Below, piece by piece: positions 24,206-32,596 of a DNA stretch of 64,000 nt; the first letter of the stretch is position 1; every line of letters starts with the position of its first letter. Location of the stretch: the IMG/VR virus record IMGVR_UViG_3300045988_159857, positions 32,001-96,000 of that record, one strand, 5' to 3'. The notes beneath the pieces were generated by a model that saw only the letters and a list, made by a program, of their open reading frames with translations, did not search any database and was not told the origin of the DNA. The translations under genes and the position numbers were made by a program. The DNA comes from a virus.

Positions 24206-25288
24206 TTACTTGTAAATCTTAAGTACTTGTCCAACATAAATCCTGTTAGGATTAGAGATACCGTTGTCAGAAGCTATCTTACGATAGTTTGTATGGTATT
24301 TTACAGCAATACTAGAAAGGGTATCTCCACGCTTAACAGTATAAGTTACATAAGAAGGTTTGGGTGTACCAACTTTATTGTTTACAATCTTTTGGATAGT
24401 ATCATAATCGTAACCTGCTGCAGTTAACTTATTCTTACGTTCAGCTCCATTACCCCATTGCCCCTTAAGTACTTCGTTAGCAATTTCTTCATTTGATTTA
24501 ACAGGAACAGTTTTAGTTACTCTTTCGTTAACAATTTTTTGAACAGCACTGTAGTCGTAACCAGCTTCTGTCAAACGTTGTTTACGTTCATCACCGTTAC
24601 CCCATTGTCCGTTTATAATTTCCGTAGCAATTTCCTCATTTGATTTCTTCACAGGAACGGTGTCGGTTGTAGTATCAGAAGATTTAATAACTTCATTATA
24701 CATAATGTTCATATCAACGTTTCCTGAAATACCGTCTACAGAACCCTTTGATGAATACTGCCAAATATCGTATGTTCTTGTAAAGTCGTTAACCTTCGAG
24801 GCGTATTCTGCTACCCACTTACTAACATTGTCGTACCAAGCATCGGTCATTTTCTCGTTCCAGAATGCCGAGCGTGACGAATAAATACCCATCTTATAAC
24901 CAGCTGCGGTTAACTGATTATAAAATTCTTTCATTATTTCTAACATTTTCTCGTTACTAATTGTTCGCCAGTCAAGTCCTTTTGTATTCTCGACATCAAT
25001 GTACACAGGACCATCAATAGTCTTACCATTAAGTAATCTCTTAATGTGAGACATTTCACTAGTTACTTTACTTGTTGTTAAAGCATAACTAAAGAAATAT
25101 ACCGAGACAGGAATACCTACCCTGCGACACTCAGCATAGTTTCTTTCAAACTGTTTGTCATCTTGTGATTTAAGGTCATTACCAAGACCACAGCGAATAA
25201 TAGCGAATTGTACACCAGAAGCCTTTACTTTGTCCCAGTTAATTTCGCCTTGATATTTCGACACATCAATACCTTTAAATTCTGCCAT
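24206..25288 (-). CDS. endolysin: GH25 muramidase + 2x CW_7 (Cpl-7) repeats + LysM
   Basis: N-terminus [27 protein letters not shown] (GH25). Two repeats SNEEIA.E...GQWGNG.ERK..LT.AGYDY..VQKIVN. C-terminus [29 protein letters not shown] (LysM). Confidence 0.9.
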   Translation of the reverse strand: MAEFKGIDVSKYQGEINWDKVKASGVQFAIIRCGLGNDLKSQDDKQFERNYAECRRVGIPVSVYFFSYALTTSKVTSEMSHIKRLLNGKTIDGPVYIDVENTKGLDWRTISNEKMLEIMKEFYNQLTAAGYKMGIYSSRSAFWNEKMTDAWYDNVSKWVAEYASKVNDFTRTYDIWQYSSKGSVDGISGNVDMNIMYNEVIKSSDTTTDTVPVKKSNEEIATEIINGQWGNGDERKQRLTEAGYDYSAVQKIVNERVTKTVPVKSNEEIANEVLKGQWGNGAERKNKLTAAGYDYDTIQKIVNNKVGTPKPSYVTYTVKRGDTLSSIAVKYHTNYRKIASDNGISNPNRIYVGQVLKIYK

Positions 25289-25319
25289 ATAATAATCTCC
25301 TTTTTAATTATTTAATATT

Positions 25320-25487
25320 TTAGGTAAGTGTTTCTTTGTAAGGACATGTTTCTAAACACTTGTCTAAGTCACAATAAGTGTCATATACAGCGTCGAACAC
25401 ACTGTTATTCTGTTCCATCGCTTTTTCTTTTATTGAGTCTCCAACAGGACATTCATCACACTTTAAGTATTTTGTTCTATCAAATAT
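25320..25487 (-). CDS. small Cys-rich protein, probable ATT/ATA start (or 32-aa ATG form 25320..25418)
   Basis: The frame is open from the stop of the upstream gene. ATT at 25491-25493 overlaps its TGA, and ATA 25485-25487 lies 8 nt after AGGTGGG. Sequence ..FDRTKYLKCDECPVGDS..CDLDKCLETCPY. The internal ATG has no RBS. Confidence 0.4.
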   Translation of the reverse strand: MFDRTKYLKCDECPVGDSIKEKAMEQNNSVFDAVYDTYCDLDKCLETCPYKETLT

Positions 25488-25488
25488 A

Positions 25489-25677
25489 TCAATTACCCAC
25501 CTTTACATATAACCCACAATGACAAGGTCCAGGGTCCTTACAGTTTATAAAATCTTTACACATACATTTAGTGTCTTCATTTTTAATTAAACGACAAGGA
25601 CAATATCCATCATTATCTTTTAATTTCTTTCTAATGGAGTTTACAAGACTTTCGTCATTGTTGACGACTATCTTCAT
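25489..25677 (-). CDS. ferredoxin:thioredoxin reductase catalytic-subunit-like protein
   Basis: 62 aa with CPC-x9-CMC-x12-CHC (GYCPCRLIKNEDTKCMCKDFINCKDPGPCHCGLY), matching the FTR-B Cys pattern. Confidence 0.6.
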   Translation of the reverse strand: MKIVVNNDESLVNSIRKKLKDNDGYCPCRLIKNEDTKCMCKDFINCKDPGPCHCGLYVKVGN

Positions 25678-25678
25678 T

Positions 25679-26152
25679 TTAACTTATCACCTCAGCATAT
25701 TGATTGTCACTTACTAAATCTATTCCTAATATTTTGTCATAATGGGGTTTTTGATTGGGAATAAATCTCCCGTATTTGATAATGATATTTTCATATTTAC
25801 TTAACCAAAGTACTTTATCTTGTAACTCATCTTTATAATATCCTGTGTAGATAATAATTTTTGCATCAGTATAATTTCGCGCTGTCTTTACTAAGCTCTT
25901 TAAATCTTCCCAACTATCAAAAGGTTCCAACCCTCCACAAACAATTGCTTTTGTGATATTGTTATTTATGAACTTTTTAACAATTGAACCTTCCGTTACA
26001 TAAATATCTTTTTCATTTGTAAGGGAGATGTTTTGACAGACACAGTTCCCATTTTCCTTGTTACATTTGAAAGAACACTTTGGAAAGATTATAAACATTG
26101 AAGGTTCTTTGTAATTACAGAAATCCTCGTATATTATATCTTTAACAAACAT
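25679..26152 (-). CDS. nrdG: anaerobic ribonucleotide reductase activating protein (radical SAM), atypical Cys motif
   Basis: Immediately downstream of nrdD. CGGLEPF and IIYTGY motifs. The N-terminal cluster CSFKCNKENGNCVCQN differs from the canonical CxxxCxxC. Confidence 0.6.
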   Translation of the reverse strand: MFVKDIIYEDFCNYKEPSMFIIFPKCSFKCNKENGNCVCQNISLTNEKDIYVTEGSIVKKFINNNITKAIVCGGLEPFDSWEDLKSLVKTARNYTDAKIIIYTGYYKDELQDKVLWLSKYENIIIKYGRFIPNQKPHYDKILGIDLVSDNQYAEVIS

Positions 26153-26611
26153 TTACATCACCATGTCGTGTTCTAATACCGAGTACCACTTACGCATATC
26201 TCCTTCTTTACGGCGAACCGTTTGCCAACTACTAACAGGGGTGTAGAAACCTACAACTCTACGGTATTTGTCCTTAACGCCTTTCCCACACATAGGGCAC
26301 TTTGTAGTTCCTATGAAAGAGTGTCCGTCTTCACATACATTTATTGTGGTAGTAAACGCCGAATATATTACCTTATGTTCCGCAAGATAATTTAACATTT
26401 CCCAAGCAGCTTCTTCTGTCGGGAATCTATTTTCAATGTTAATGTGTGCAATAGCTCCTCCGCTACAAAGATTGTCTAATACACTACTTACAGCACACTT
26501 TTCTTCAATAGTACATTTTTCATAAAGGGGTATCCACTGATTTGACAGTATAAAGTATGAGTTGTCTCCTGTAACTACTTTAGACTTTATATTTAATTCA
26601 TTGAACTTCAT
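26153..26611 (-). CDS. nrdD: anaerobic ribonucleoside-triphosphate reductase, C-terminal fragment (glycyl-radical domain)
   Basis: SNQWIPL, GGAIAHINI, Zn ribbon CEDGH..CPMCG and glycyl-radical motif RRVVGFYTPV. Has its own AAGGAG RBS 8 nt before ATG 26609-26611. Confidence 0.85.
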   Translation of the reverse strand: MKFNELNIKSKVVTGDNSYFILSNQWIPLYEKCTIEEKCAVSSVLDNLCSGGAIAHINIENRFPTEEAAWEMLNYLAEHKVIYSAFTTTINVCEDGHSFIGTTKCPMCGKGVKDKYRRVVGFYTPVSSWQTVRRKEGDMRKWYSVLEHDMVM

Positions 26612-27467
26612 TACCATAACTCCTTAATTCACTAATAAAATTTTCAAACTGACTGCGATATATCGTCATATAGTTTAATTTATTTTTAATTGCAAGTTCA
26701 TGTTTTTTCTTGTCTAAGATTGACCAAGTGTATATTATCATATTTGACCAATCGTCTCCTTTCTGAAGTAGTTCGTTCAGAACTTTTACATCACGGTCGC
26801 ATTTATCATTGTATGCGTGGTCAAAATGTGAGGGGTGTATATTCAACTCAATAAATAAATCTTGTGATTTTATATAGAAATCACACTTATAAGGGTATCT
26901 TTCATCTGTGTATTGACATATTATATCATCTTTATTATATTTACATTGTAAGGCTTCGTAAGCAAGATGTTCATAACTAGAAGTTGCATATGTCCCATTT
27001 TTCTTGCGGGTTTCGTTTGCAACCATACTTCTTCTTTTATACTCTTCTTTCGAAATAGTTTTTCTATTCCTTCTTGCAGAATCAGACATCCTTTTGTGGT
27101 ATAAGTCGTACTCCTCTTTTGTCCAAGAATTTCTGGACTGTTCTTTTTTGTATTCCCTATTATCACGATAGTCGTCCGAAACATTTTGCCAGAACTCTTT
27201 TAGGGTATTAGAAATCTTCTCACTACGTTTACGGTTGTATTCTTCCCACATACCATTATTCTTTAATTTATCATTAACTTTTCTAACCCCGGCACCAGAT
27301 TTTTCATTAAGTTCTTTCTGATTCCAATTTCCAATTGACCATCCCTCATCAATATATCTTGACAAATCCTCTGTTCTCACTTTAGTGTTTATGTGGTCCT
27401 TATTTATAAAAGTATATATCTTTCCCATCAAATCACCTTTACCAATTGATTTTACGTATATATACAA
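26598..27467 (-). mobile_element. free-standing homing-endonuclease-like gene splitting nrdD
   Basis: 289-aa ORF (likely start MGKIYTF at 27428). Basic repeats resemble NUMOD3 (KSGAGVRK, RSEKISNTLK, RMSDSARRNRK, RSMVANETRKKNG). C-terminus YKCDFYI..LFIELN resembles PD-(D/E)XK/Vsr. It sits exactly between the two nrdD fragments. Confidence 0.5.
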
Positions 27468-27494
27468 TTTTAAATTTGAAATCAGTGGTTACCT

Positions 27495-29189
27495 TTAACG
27501 TATTCTATATCTTTCTATGTATTTCTCGTCCATATCTAATCCATTTCGAATAGCGGTGTCAAATGTCACCTTTATGTCACCATTTTTTTTAGTTACTTTA
27601 ACAATATTAGTGCTATTTATCTTGTAATAGTGGTCCTTGTATTCAAATTCATAATCATAAGCGAGTTTTCTTGCATCCTCAAATAAAAGTTTGTCTGCAG
27701 CACACATGACTCCTGCAGCGTTTTCAGCCGGTATCTGTTCAATATTAAACGTAAACTCGTCTGTAAAATTATCTTTCACATCATTAAGGACATTAAATAT
27801 ATCTTTTGCAAACTCAATACCCTCTTCTGTGTAAGACTTGTATCCCAATTCATCTGTTTGAATGAAACCAAACTCACACATAACTTCATACATTCCAAGA
27901 ATACCTATAGTACAGTATTGTTTATCAAGTTCTACGGCACCTTCTTGATAATTTGGAAGTAATCCTTTTTCAATATTACGTTTAAGTATATGTCGCATAG
28001 CATATAAAGCCTGACAATCAAGGGTTGTTCTCTCTCTTAATTTATCTAAGTACCTTTTCTTGTTACACTTAGTTTCATAAGCAATACGTACAAGGTTTAT
28101 TGTAGAAACACGACAACTACCTACACTAAGAGCACTACCACCTACACTATTTTGAAAAGCTGTTAATTTTGAAGTATCTGAAAGTAATCTACAACAGTTA
28201 GATAACGAGGTTACTTGGTCACTAATAAATAAATTACTATCAGCCCATTTCATGTTATGTTTACTAGCCCAACGAGCAAATTCCTCGTCTTGAAACCTAC
28301 CATCCTTATACAGAAATGACATAGTTAGAACAGGAAAAGTAAACATTTGTTCTGAACGTATGTCAGACACAACTCTCATAAAGTCTTTTTGGAACTGCAT
28401 TATTTCTTCAATACTGTCTATTGCAAAAGTTCCGTCAGGATATTCAAGTCCCCCAAATAAGGCCTCTAAGTATTTTCTATCAAATATAGACATATTTGTA
28501 AAGGCACTTTGGTCAATCCTTAAAAAGGGCTGGTTAAGTCTAAATATCAACTTTTGGAAACACTGGTCTCTGTAATATCCAGGGTCTTTTATGTAAAATC
28601 CTGTCTCAATATCCTTTTTCCAGAACCAATATGCCCATATTAAAATATTTGGAAGTCCTACTGCCCCACTTTGTCTATTAGATAAAAAAGATATAAACTC
28701 TATGCAGTCATCAAGAAATGTAGTTAAATGTTTTGCTGGTTTGTTGTTATAATTGTTTCCGAGGAAGAATAGTCCTTCGCGAGCTAATCTTGATAAGTCT
28801 TGTGCCCAACAATAGGCGAATAAACTACATGAAGTACTATCATTAAGATAAAAACCTTTACTAAATTCTTGTTCCAACCAATCTTTAGCTACTTTAATTC
28901 CAAAAAACTTCTTTATCTCTATAAAGACTTTATTGAGTCCAAAAAGTTTGTCAGAACTTTTTCCTTTTTCAGTCATAAAGGAACGTATGTCACGATGACT
29001 TGAATTAGCATTAGGGTCAATTGAGGCATCAGCCAAGTTTTCAGCTACAATAAAATTTTTCAAAAATTCAGAATAATCTAATTGTGACTCGTCAACACCG
29101 TTAAGTATTTCAAAATCGTTGCCATATTTTATACGCAGGGCATTGAGGGTGCGTTCAAAATCTTTGTTAAGTTTCAACTCGATTTGCAT
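27495..29189 (-). CDS. nrdD: anaerobic ribonucleoside-triphosphate reductase, N-terminal fragment
   Basis: 564 aa with class III RNR core motifs (SVGGSALSVGSCRVSTINL, IEQIPAENAAG). Together with the 152-aa C-fragment the total is about 716 aa, a normal NrdD size. Confidence 0.85.
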   Translation of the reverse strand: MQIELKLNKDFERTLNALRIKYGNDFEILNGVDESQLDYSEFLKNFIVAENLADASIDPNANSSHRDIRSFMTEKGKSSDKLFGLNKVFIEIKKFFGIKVAKDWLEQEFSKGFYLNDSTSCSLFAYCWAQDLSRLAREGLFFLGNNYNNKPAKHLTTFLDDCIEFISFLSNRQSGAVGLPNILIWAYWFWKKDIETGFYIKDPGYYRDQCFQKLIFRLNQPFLRIDQSAFTNMSIFDRKYLEALFGGLEYPDGTFAIDSIEEIMQFQKDFMRVVSDIRSEQMFTFPVLTMSFLYKDGRFQDEEFARWASKHNMKWADSNLFISDQVTSLSNCCRLLSDTSKLTAFQNSVGGSALSVGSCRVSTINLVRIAYETKCNKKRYLDKLRERTTLDCQALYAMRHILKRNIEKGLLPNYQEGAVELDKQYCTIGILGMYEVMCEFGFIQTDELGYKSYTEEGIEFAKDIFNVLNDVKDNFTDEFTFNIEQIPAENAAGVMCAADKLLFEDARKLAYDYEFEYKDHYYKINSTNIVKVTKKNGDIKVTFDTAIRNGLDMDEKYIERYRIR

Positions 29190-29192
29190 ATA

Positions 29193-29411
29193 CTAATTAA
29201 TTCCTCTTCCTTGATTATTAACCCATTCTACAGCTTCAGTAAATCTAAGTAGTTTTCCTTCTACTTCGAGAAGAGGAACTTCGTCAAAACCTTTTGCAAT
29301 AAGTTCGTTTACATCAAAATTTGTTTTCAATGTAAAGTCTATGTTAGCGTTATGAAGTTTCTTAAGTAACACCTCACATTTTGGACATCCTGTTGAATAT
29401 AGCGTTACCAT
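29193..29411 (-). CDS. nrdH: glutaredoxin-like protein (NrdH-like)
   Basis: MVTLYSTGCPKCEVLLKKL.. (CPxC thioredoxin fold). AAAGGAG lies before ATG 29409-29411. The longer track ORF to 29555 is not supported. Confidence 0.7.
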   Translation of the reverse strand: MVTLYSTGCPKCEVLLKKLHNANIDFTLKTNFDVNELIAKGFDEVPLLEVEGKLLRFTEAVEWVNNQGRGIN

Positions 29412-29427
29412 AATTACTCCTTTCTTT

Positions 29428-29601
29428 TCAATGGTTAAAGGTATTCTTAGGGGTAAAAGCTCCACAAGGACCTTCAGTGCCATGACAACCGTGTGTATAA
29501 TTAGCACAAGCCCAACATCTCTGTTTGTCCCACTTTCTTTGAAGTGCTCCTTCACTCAATTCACTAAAACTATAAGTAGGTTGTTTAAATTCAATACTCA
29601 T
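29428..29601 (-). CDS. small Cys/His-rich protein (57 aa)
   Basis: ATG at 29599-29601 after AAAGGAG. Sequence ..RCWACANYTHGCHGTEGPCGAF..; first gene behind the promoter at 29656..29688. Confidence 0.5.
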   Translation of the reverse strand: MSIEFKQPTYSFSELSEGALQRKWDKQRCWACANYTHGCHGTEGPCGAFTPKNTFNH

Positions 29602-29655
29602 AAATATTACTCCTTTATATAAATTTTACAGAAATTTGTTTTTCTGTTTAATCGT

Positions 29656-29688
29656 ATTATAATAGAGTAATATATTTATTTCAACTAA
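29656..29688 (-). promoter_or_regulatory. SigA-type promoter (TTAGTTGA family)
   Basis: TTAG+TTGAAA (29679-29684), 17-nt spacer, TATAAT (29656-29661). Confidence 0.7.
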
Positions 29689-29689
29689 G

Positions 29690-29722
29690 TTAACATAAAC
29701 CGATAGTTTATCTATCGGTTTA
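29690..29722 (-). terminator. rho-independent terminator
   Basis: 10-bp stem AAACCGATAG/CTATCGGTTT (29697-29706/29712-29721), then TTTATGTT on the minus strand. Confidence 0.65.
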
Positions 29723-29915
29723 ACATCATTAACAATTGGTCACCGTTTGCGACCTTTCTACCATAAAAATCTCTTGTTACGTTTAATTTTTTATCGTATT
29801 TACCCTTAATTCTTCCATAAAAATCTCGGATAATTTTATTTCCGGTACGGGAATCTGTTTCAACGAAACCTATTATCTTCCCTGTCCAATCTTTTATCTT
29901 CTCTTTATGAACCAT
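29712..29915 (-). CDS. hypothetical protein with RDFYGR repeats
   Basis: 67 aa. The motif IRDFYGRIKG / TRDFYGRKVA is repeated. Confidence 0.55.
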   Translation of the reverse strand: MVHKEKIKDWTGKIIGFVETDSRTGNKIIRDFYGRIKGKYDKKLNVTRDFYGRKVANGDQLLMMLNR

Positions 29916-30312
29916 CCAAAAACAACTCCTTCATATTAACAATCCTTGACAAGGCTTCTTCTACACTTAATACGTTGACTTGAGTTATACCTTTTCGCCT
30001 GTCGTTAACAAATATATCTATTGCTTTCTCCAACTTTGCTGGATTAAACTGTTGGTAGTCGTATACAAATGTTCTAGGTATTGTATAATCATTCTCCTGG
30101 TCAATTATTTGTGGTCCGTATTGAATTATTTTACTGAACCCGTCTTTTGTTTCAACTATAAATAAGTATTCACAGAAATTATCATTTATACACGAAAGTG
30201 CAAACTCTCCAATATTATCTATTTCAAATGTACCATTAGATTGTCGAACATAGTAATAATTGAATGAAGGCATATCAATCAACAACCTCGTATTTAGTAA
30301 TGTAAACCTCAT
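29905..30312 (-). CDS. hypothetical protein
   Basis: 135-aa ORF. Confidence 0.55.
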   Translation of the reverse strand: MRFTLLNTRLLIDMPSFNYYYVRQSNGTFEIDNIGEFALSCINDNFCEYLFIVETKDGFSKIIQYGPQIIDQENDYTIPRTFVYDYQQFNPAKLEKAIDIFVNDRRKGITQVNVLSVEEALSRIVNMKELFLDGS

Positions 30313-30904
30313 GTGCTATACGAATTTCATAGTCCCCGTTATCAAGTAATTGTTTATGTTCTCTAGACCTAAATTCTCCTGACACTTTTAACTTTGTGTC
30401 TACACATTTAAAGGATAATTCTTTCGCTATTTTACCCCAACATATACAAGGAATATATGAATTCAACCTTTTTTGTTTATCCTCGGATACAATATTATTT
30501 GCCAGAATAAAGTGTAAGTTATCCTTACCTGTACGTGTTTTTCTTATTTCACTTATTTTACAAATCCTACCATCTAACTCAACACTATTTACAACATCCG
30601 TTTTCGGTTTGTCAAAGTAGGTAAAAACGTACATATCCACTTTATTTTTGTTATTACTAACCTTATGCGAATATGACCTAATGTTTCCAGTTAAACTAAC
30701 CATGTCATTTTCTTTGTACGGATTAGTAAATTTTTTAAACTTTATATTCAAGACATCTTCAGTTCCATTATCTCGAGGTACAAGTAATTTAGCTTTATTG
30801 AATTCAATTCCTTGTATTGTGTGGGAAGGTTCAATATCTTTGATATAACCTTTCAAAGTAACTTTGTTCAAACTATATTCACCCCTTATACACACATTTT
30901 CCAC
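30275..30904 (-). CDS. SSB-like protein with two OB-fold-like halves
   Basis: NKVTLKGYIKD.. and NSVELDGRICKISEIRKTRTGKDNLHFILA..IPCICWGKIAKEL resemble the N.v.l.G..-type SSB/PriB pattern. Confidence 0.45.
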   Translation of the reverse strand: MENVCIRGEYSLNKVTLKGYIKDIEPSHTIQGIEFNKAKLLVPRDNGTEDVLNIKFKKFTNPYKENDMVSLTGNIRSYSHKVSNNKNKVDMYVFTYFDKPKTDVVNSVELDGRICKISEIRKTRTGKDNLHFILANNIVSEDKQKRLNSYIPCICWGKIAKELSFKCVDTKLKVSGEFRSREHKQLLDNGDYEIRIAHEVYITKYEVVD

Positions 30905-32193
30905 TGTCCATTATCATAAACATATGGCACTGCGGATAACCATTTTTGTTGTTTTTCATCGTATACAAAAACTGCAGCTGGAGTTGGGACACTTGTCGGT
31001 TCCGTAAAAACTCTCGCACACCCGGTAGGTGTGTTTGTTACAGTATTTGAATGATAAGTTACATTATTTGAATCTTTAGTAGCATAAGCTGTTCCTGATA
31101 TAGGAACATTGGGAACACCTGTCACCCTAAATGTACATTTTGTTGTAGCTGTAGTTGTGGTGTTAACTATTCGTGTGCCGTCATTGAGTAATAAATACCA
31201 GTTACGACATGGGACATCACTTTCCGCTGTGTAAACAATATCTAATCCTTCTACAACACTGGCTAATTTAATTATTGGATAAGTCGTATCACAGTTAATT
31301 GTTGTTGAATTGTCAATACGAGTATTATCGAGTCTTTGTAAAGTGATGTTGTAAGAACGGTTTGTGTTCTCACCTAAATTAACATTAAAAGTTCCTTTAT
31401 AATTTTGTGTGTTACCAACATAAACCCCTTCGAACCACACACTAGAATTTATATCAGTATCTAAACTTAATATTCCGGAAGTATTGTCAGTAACTGTTAT
31501 CTTTGCATTATTTATAGCAGGCCTTCTGCAATCCCATGTTACGGTTGGGCTTTGTCCCCAAGGACCATTTACACGCTTTGCCCAAAGATAAACAGTGTGA
31601 ATAGTGGGACTTATATTACTTAGTGACCACGTACCGTTTGTAGTAGCTTGTGACCAATATGTTGTGTCTCCTGTACCATCTAAGTTATACATCCAAATGT
31701 CACAACTTACATCACTACCAGCTTCCCAATATAAGGAGGATGCAGTACAACCTGCATTACTTAACCACACATTAGGAGGGGCATAAGCCGGTGCCCCAAC
31801 TACCACTGACCAAACAACTTCCCAAGTATTTTTTGCGGGACACCCACAACTTGATTTTGTCCAAATTTTCAGTGTGACAGTATCTCCATAGTTAGTTGTA
31901 GAAACGGTTACATTACCACTATACCTCCCTGAACTCCATTTATTTGGACTAGTAGGTTTGTGATATATTTCTACTAGAGGGCTATCATCAATACTTGCAG
32001 CTACACCAAGGGTGTAACCAAAGTACGAATACTTACCTGTCATTGCATTTAAGGACGCACTTACATTACATGTAAGAGTCGAACCATTTCTGTATATGTC
32101 CCCAAAGGTTACGTTAGAGGTTATTATAGGTGATTGGGGATAATAGGTATTAGGGGCTCCATGTACGGTTACTACTCCGTTCCAACTTGACAT
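30886..32193 (-). CDS. tail-fibre / receptor-binding-like protein
   Basis: 435 aa, T/N/S/W/G-rich and locally higher in GC. C-terminus AAVFVYDEKQQKWLSAVPYVYDNGQWK resembles Firmicute phage fibre tips. Confidence 0.5.
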   Translation of the reverse strand: MSSWNGVVTVHGAPNTYYPQSPIITSNVTFGDIYRNGSTLTCNVSASLNAMTGKYSYFGYTLGVAASIDDSPLVEIYHKPTSPNKWSSGRYSGNVTVSTTNYGDTVTLKIWTKSSCGCPAKNTWEVVWSVVVGAPAYAPPNVWLSNAGCTASSLYWEAGSDVSCDIWMYNLDGTGDTTYWSQATTNGTWSLSNISPTIHTVYLWAKRVNGPWGQSPTVTWDCRRPAINNAKITVTDNTSGILSLDTDINSSVWFEGVYVGNTQNYKGTFNVNLGENTNRSYNITLQRLDNTRIDNSTTINCDTTYPIIKLASVVEGLDIVYTAESDVPCRNWYLLLNDGTRIVNTTTTATTKCTFRVTGVPNVPISGTAYATKDSNNVTYHSNTVTNTPTGCARVFTEPTSVPTPAAVFVYDEKQQKWLSAVPYVYDNGQWKMCV

Positions 32194-32197
32194 TTAA

Positions 32198-32596
32198 TCA
32201 CCTAACCTTAAAGAATAACTGTCCTTGTACCCCTGTTGTAGGTAAAGTACTCCCGTAGACATTATTACTTAAAACTATTTTTTGCGTATCAGTAAAGGTT
32301 GGTTTGTTGAACTCATATGTTGTACTTCCTGATTTGGGAGTAAATATAGAACCGTTACAAGATAGATTACCAACATTAAACACTGGTGTATCGTTTGTCA
32401 CATCAATGTTTAACCACGACTTTGAAATTTTACTAGCCTTATCAGCCGTTCCCGCATTAACTTTTGTAACAGTTCTATCAGGTAGTCCTACATAAAGATA
32501 TTTAGTACTTGTGTTAACAAAAAGTTCTCTGTCATCCAAAGTAGCAGGAGTACTTCCACCACCATTTATACTAATTGGTACATTAAGTGTTTCCAT
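32198..32596 (-). CDS. tail-fibre-like protein
   Basis: Start METLNV at 32594-32596 after AAAGGAG. ISINGGGSTPATLDDRELFVNTSTKYLYVG and C-terminal YGSTLPTTGVQGQLFFKV are typical phage-fibre motifs. Confidence 0.5.
   Translation of the reverse strand: METLNVPISINGGGSTPATLDDRELFVNTSTKYLYVGLPDRTVTKVNAGTADKASKISKSWLNIDVTNDTPVFNVGNLSCNGSIFTPKSGSTTYEFNKPTFTDTQKIVLSNNVYGSTLPTTGVQGQLFFKVR

Noticed and set aside
29412-29555. The long form of the NrdH-like ORF (29193..29555).
   Set aside because: - The extension has no RBS.
- It overlaps, in another frame, a 57-aa ORF that has a good RBS.
- The thioredoxin fold starts at MVTLYSTGCPKC behind AAAGGAG.
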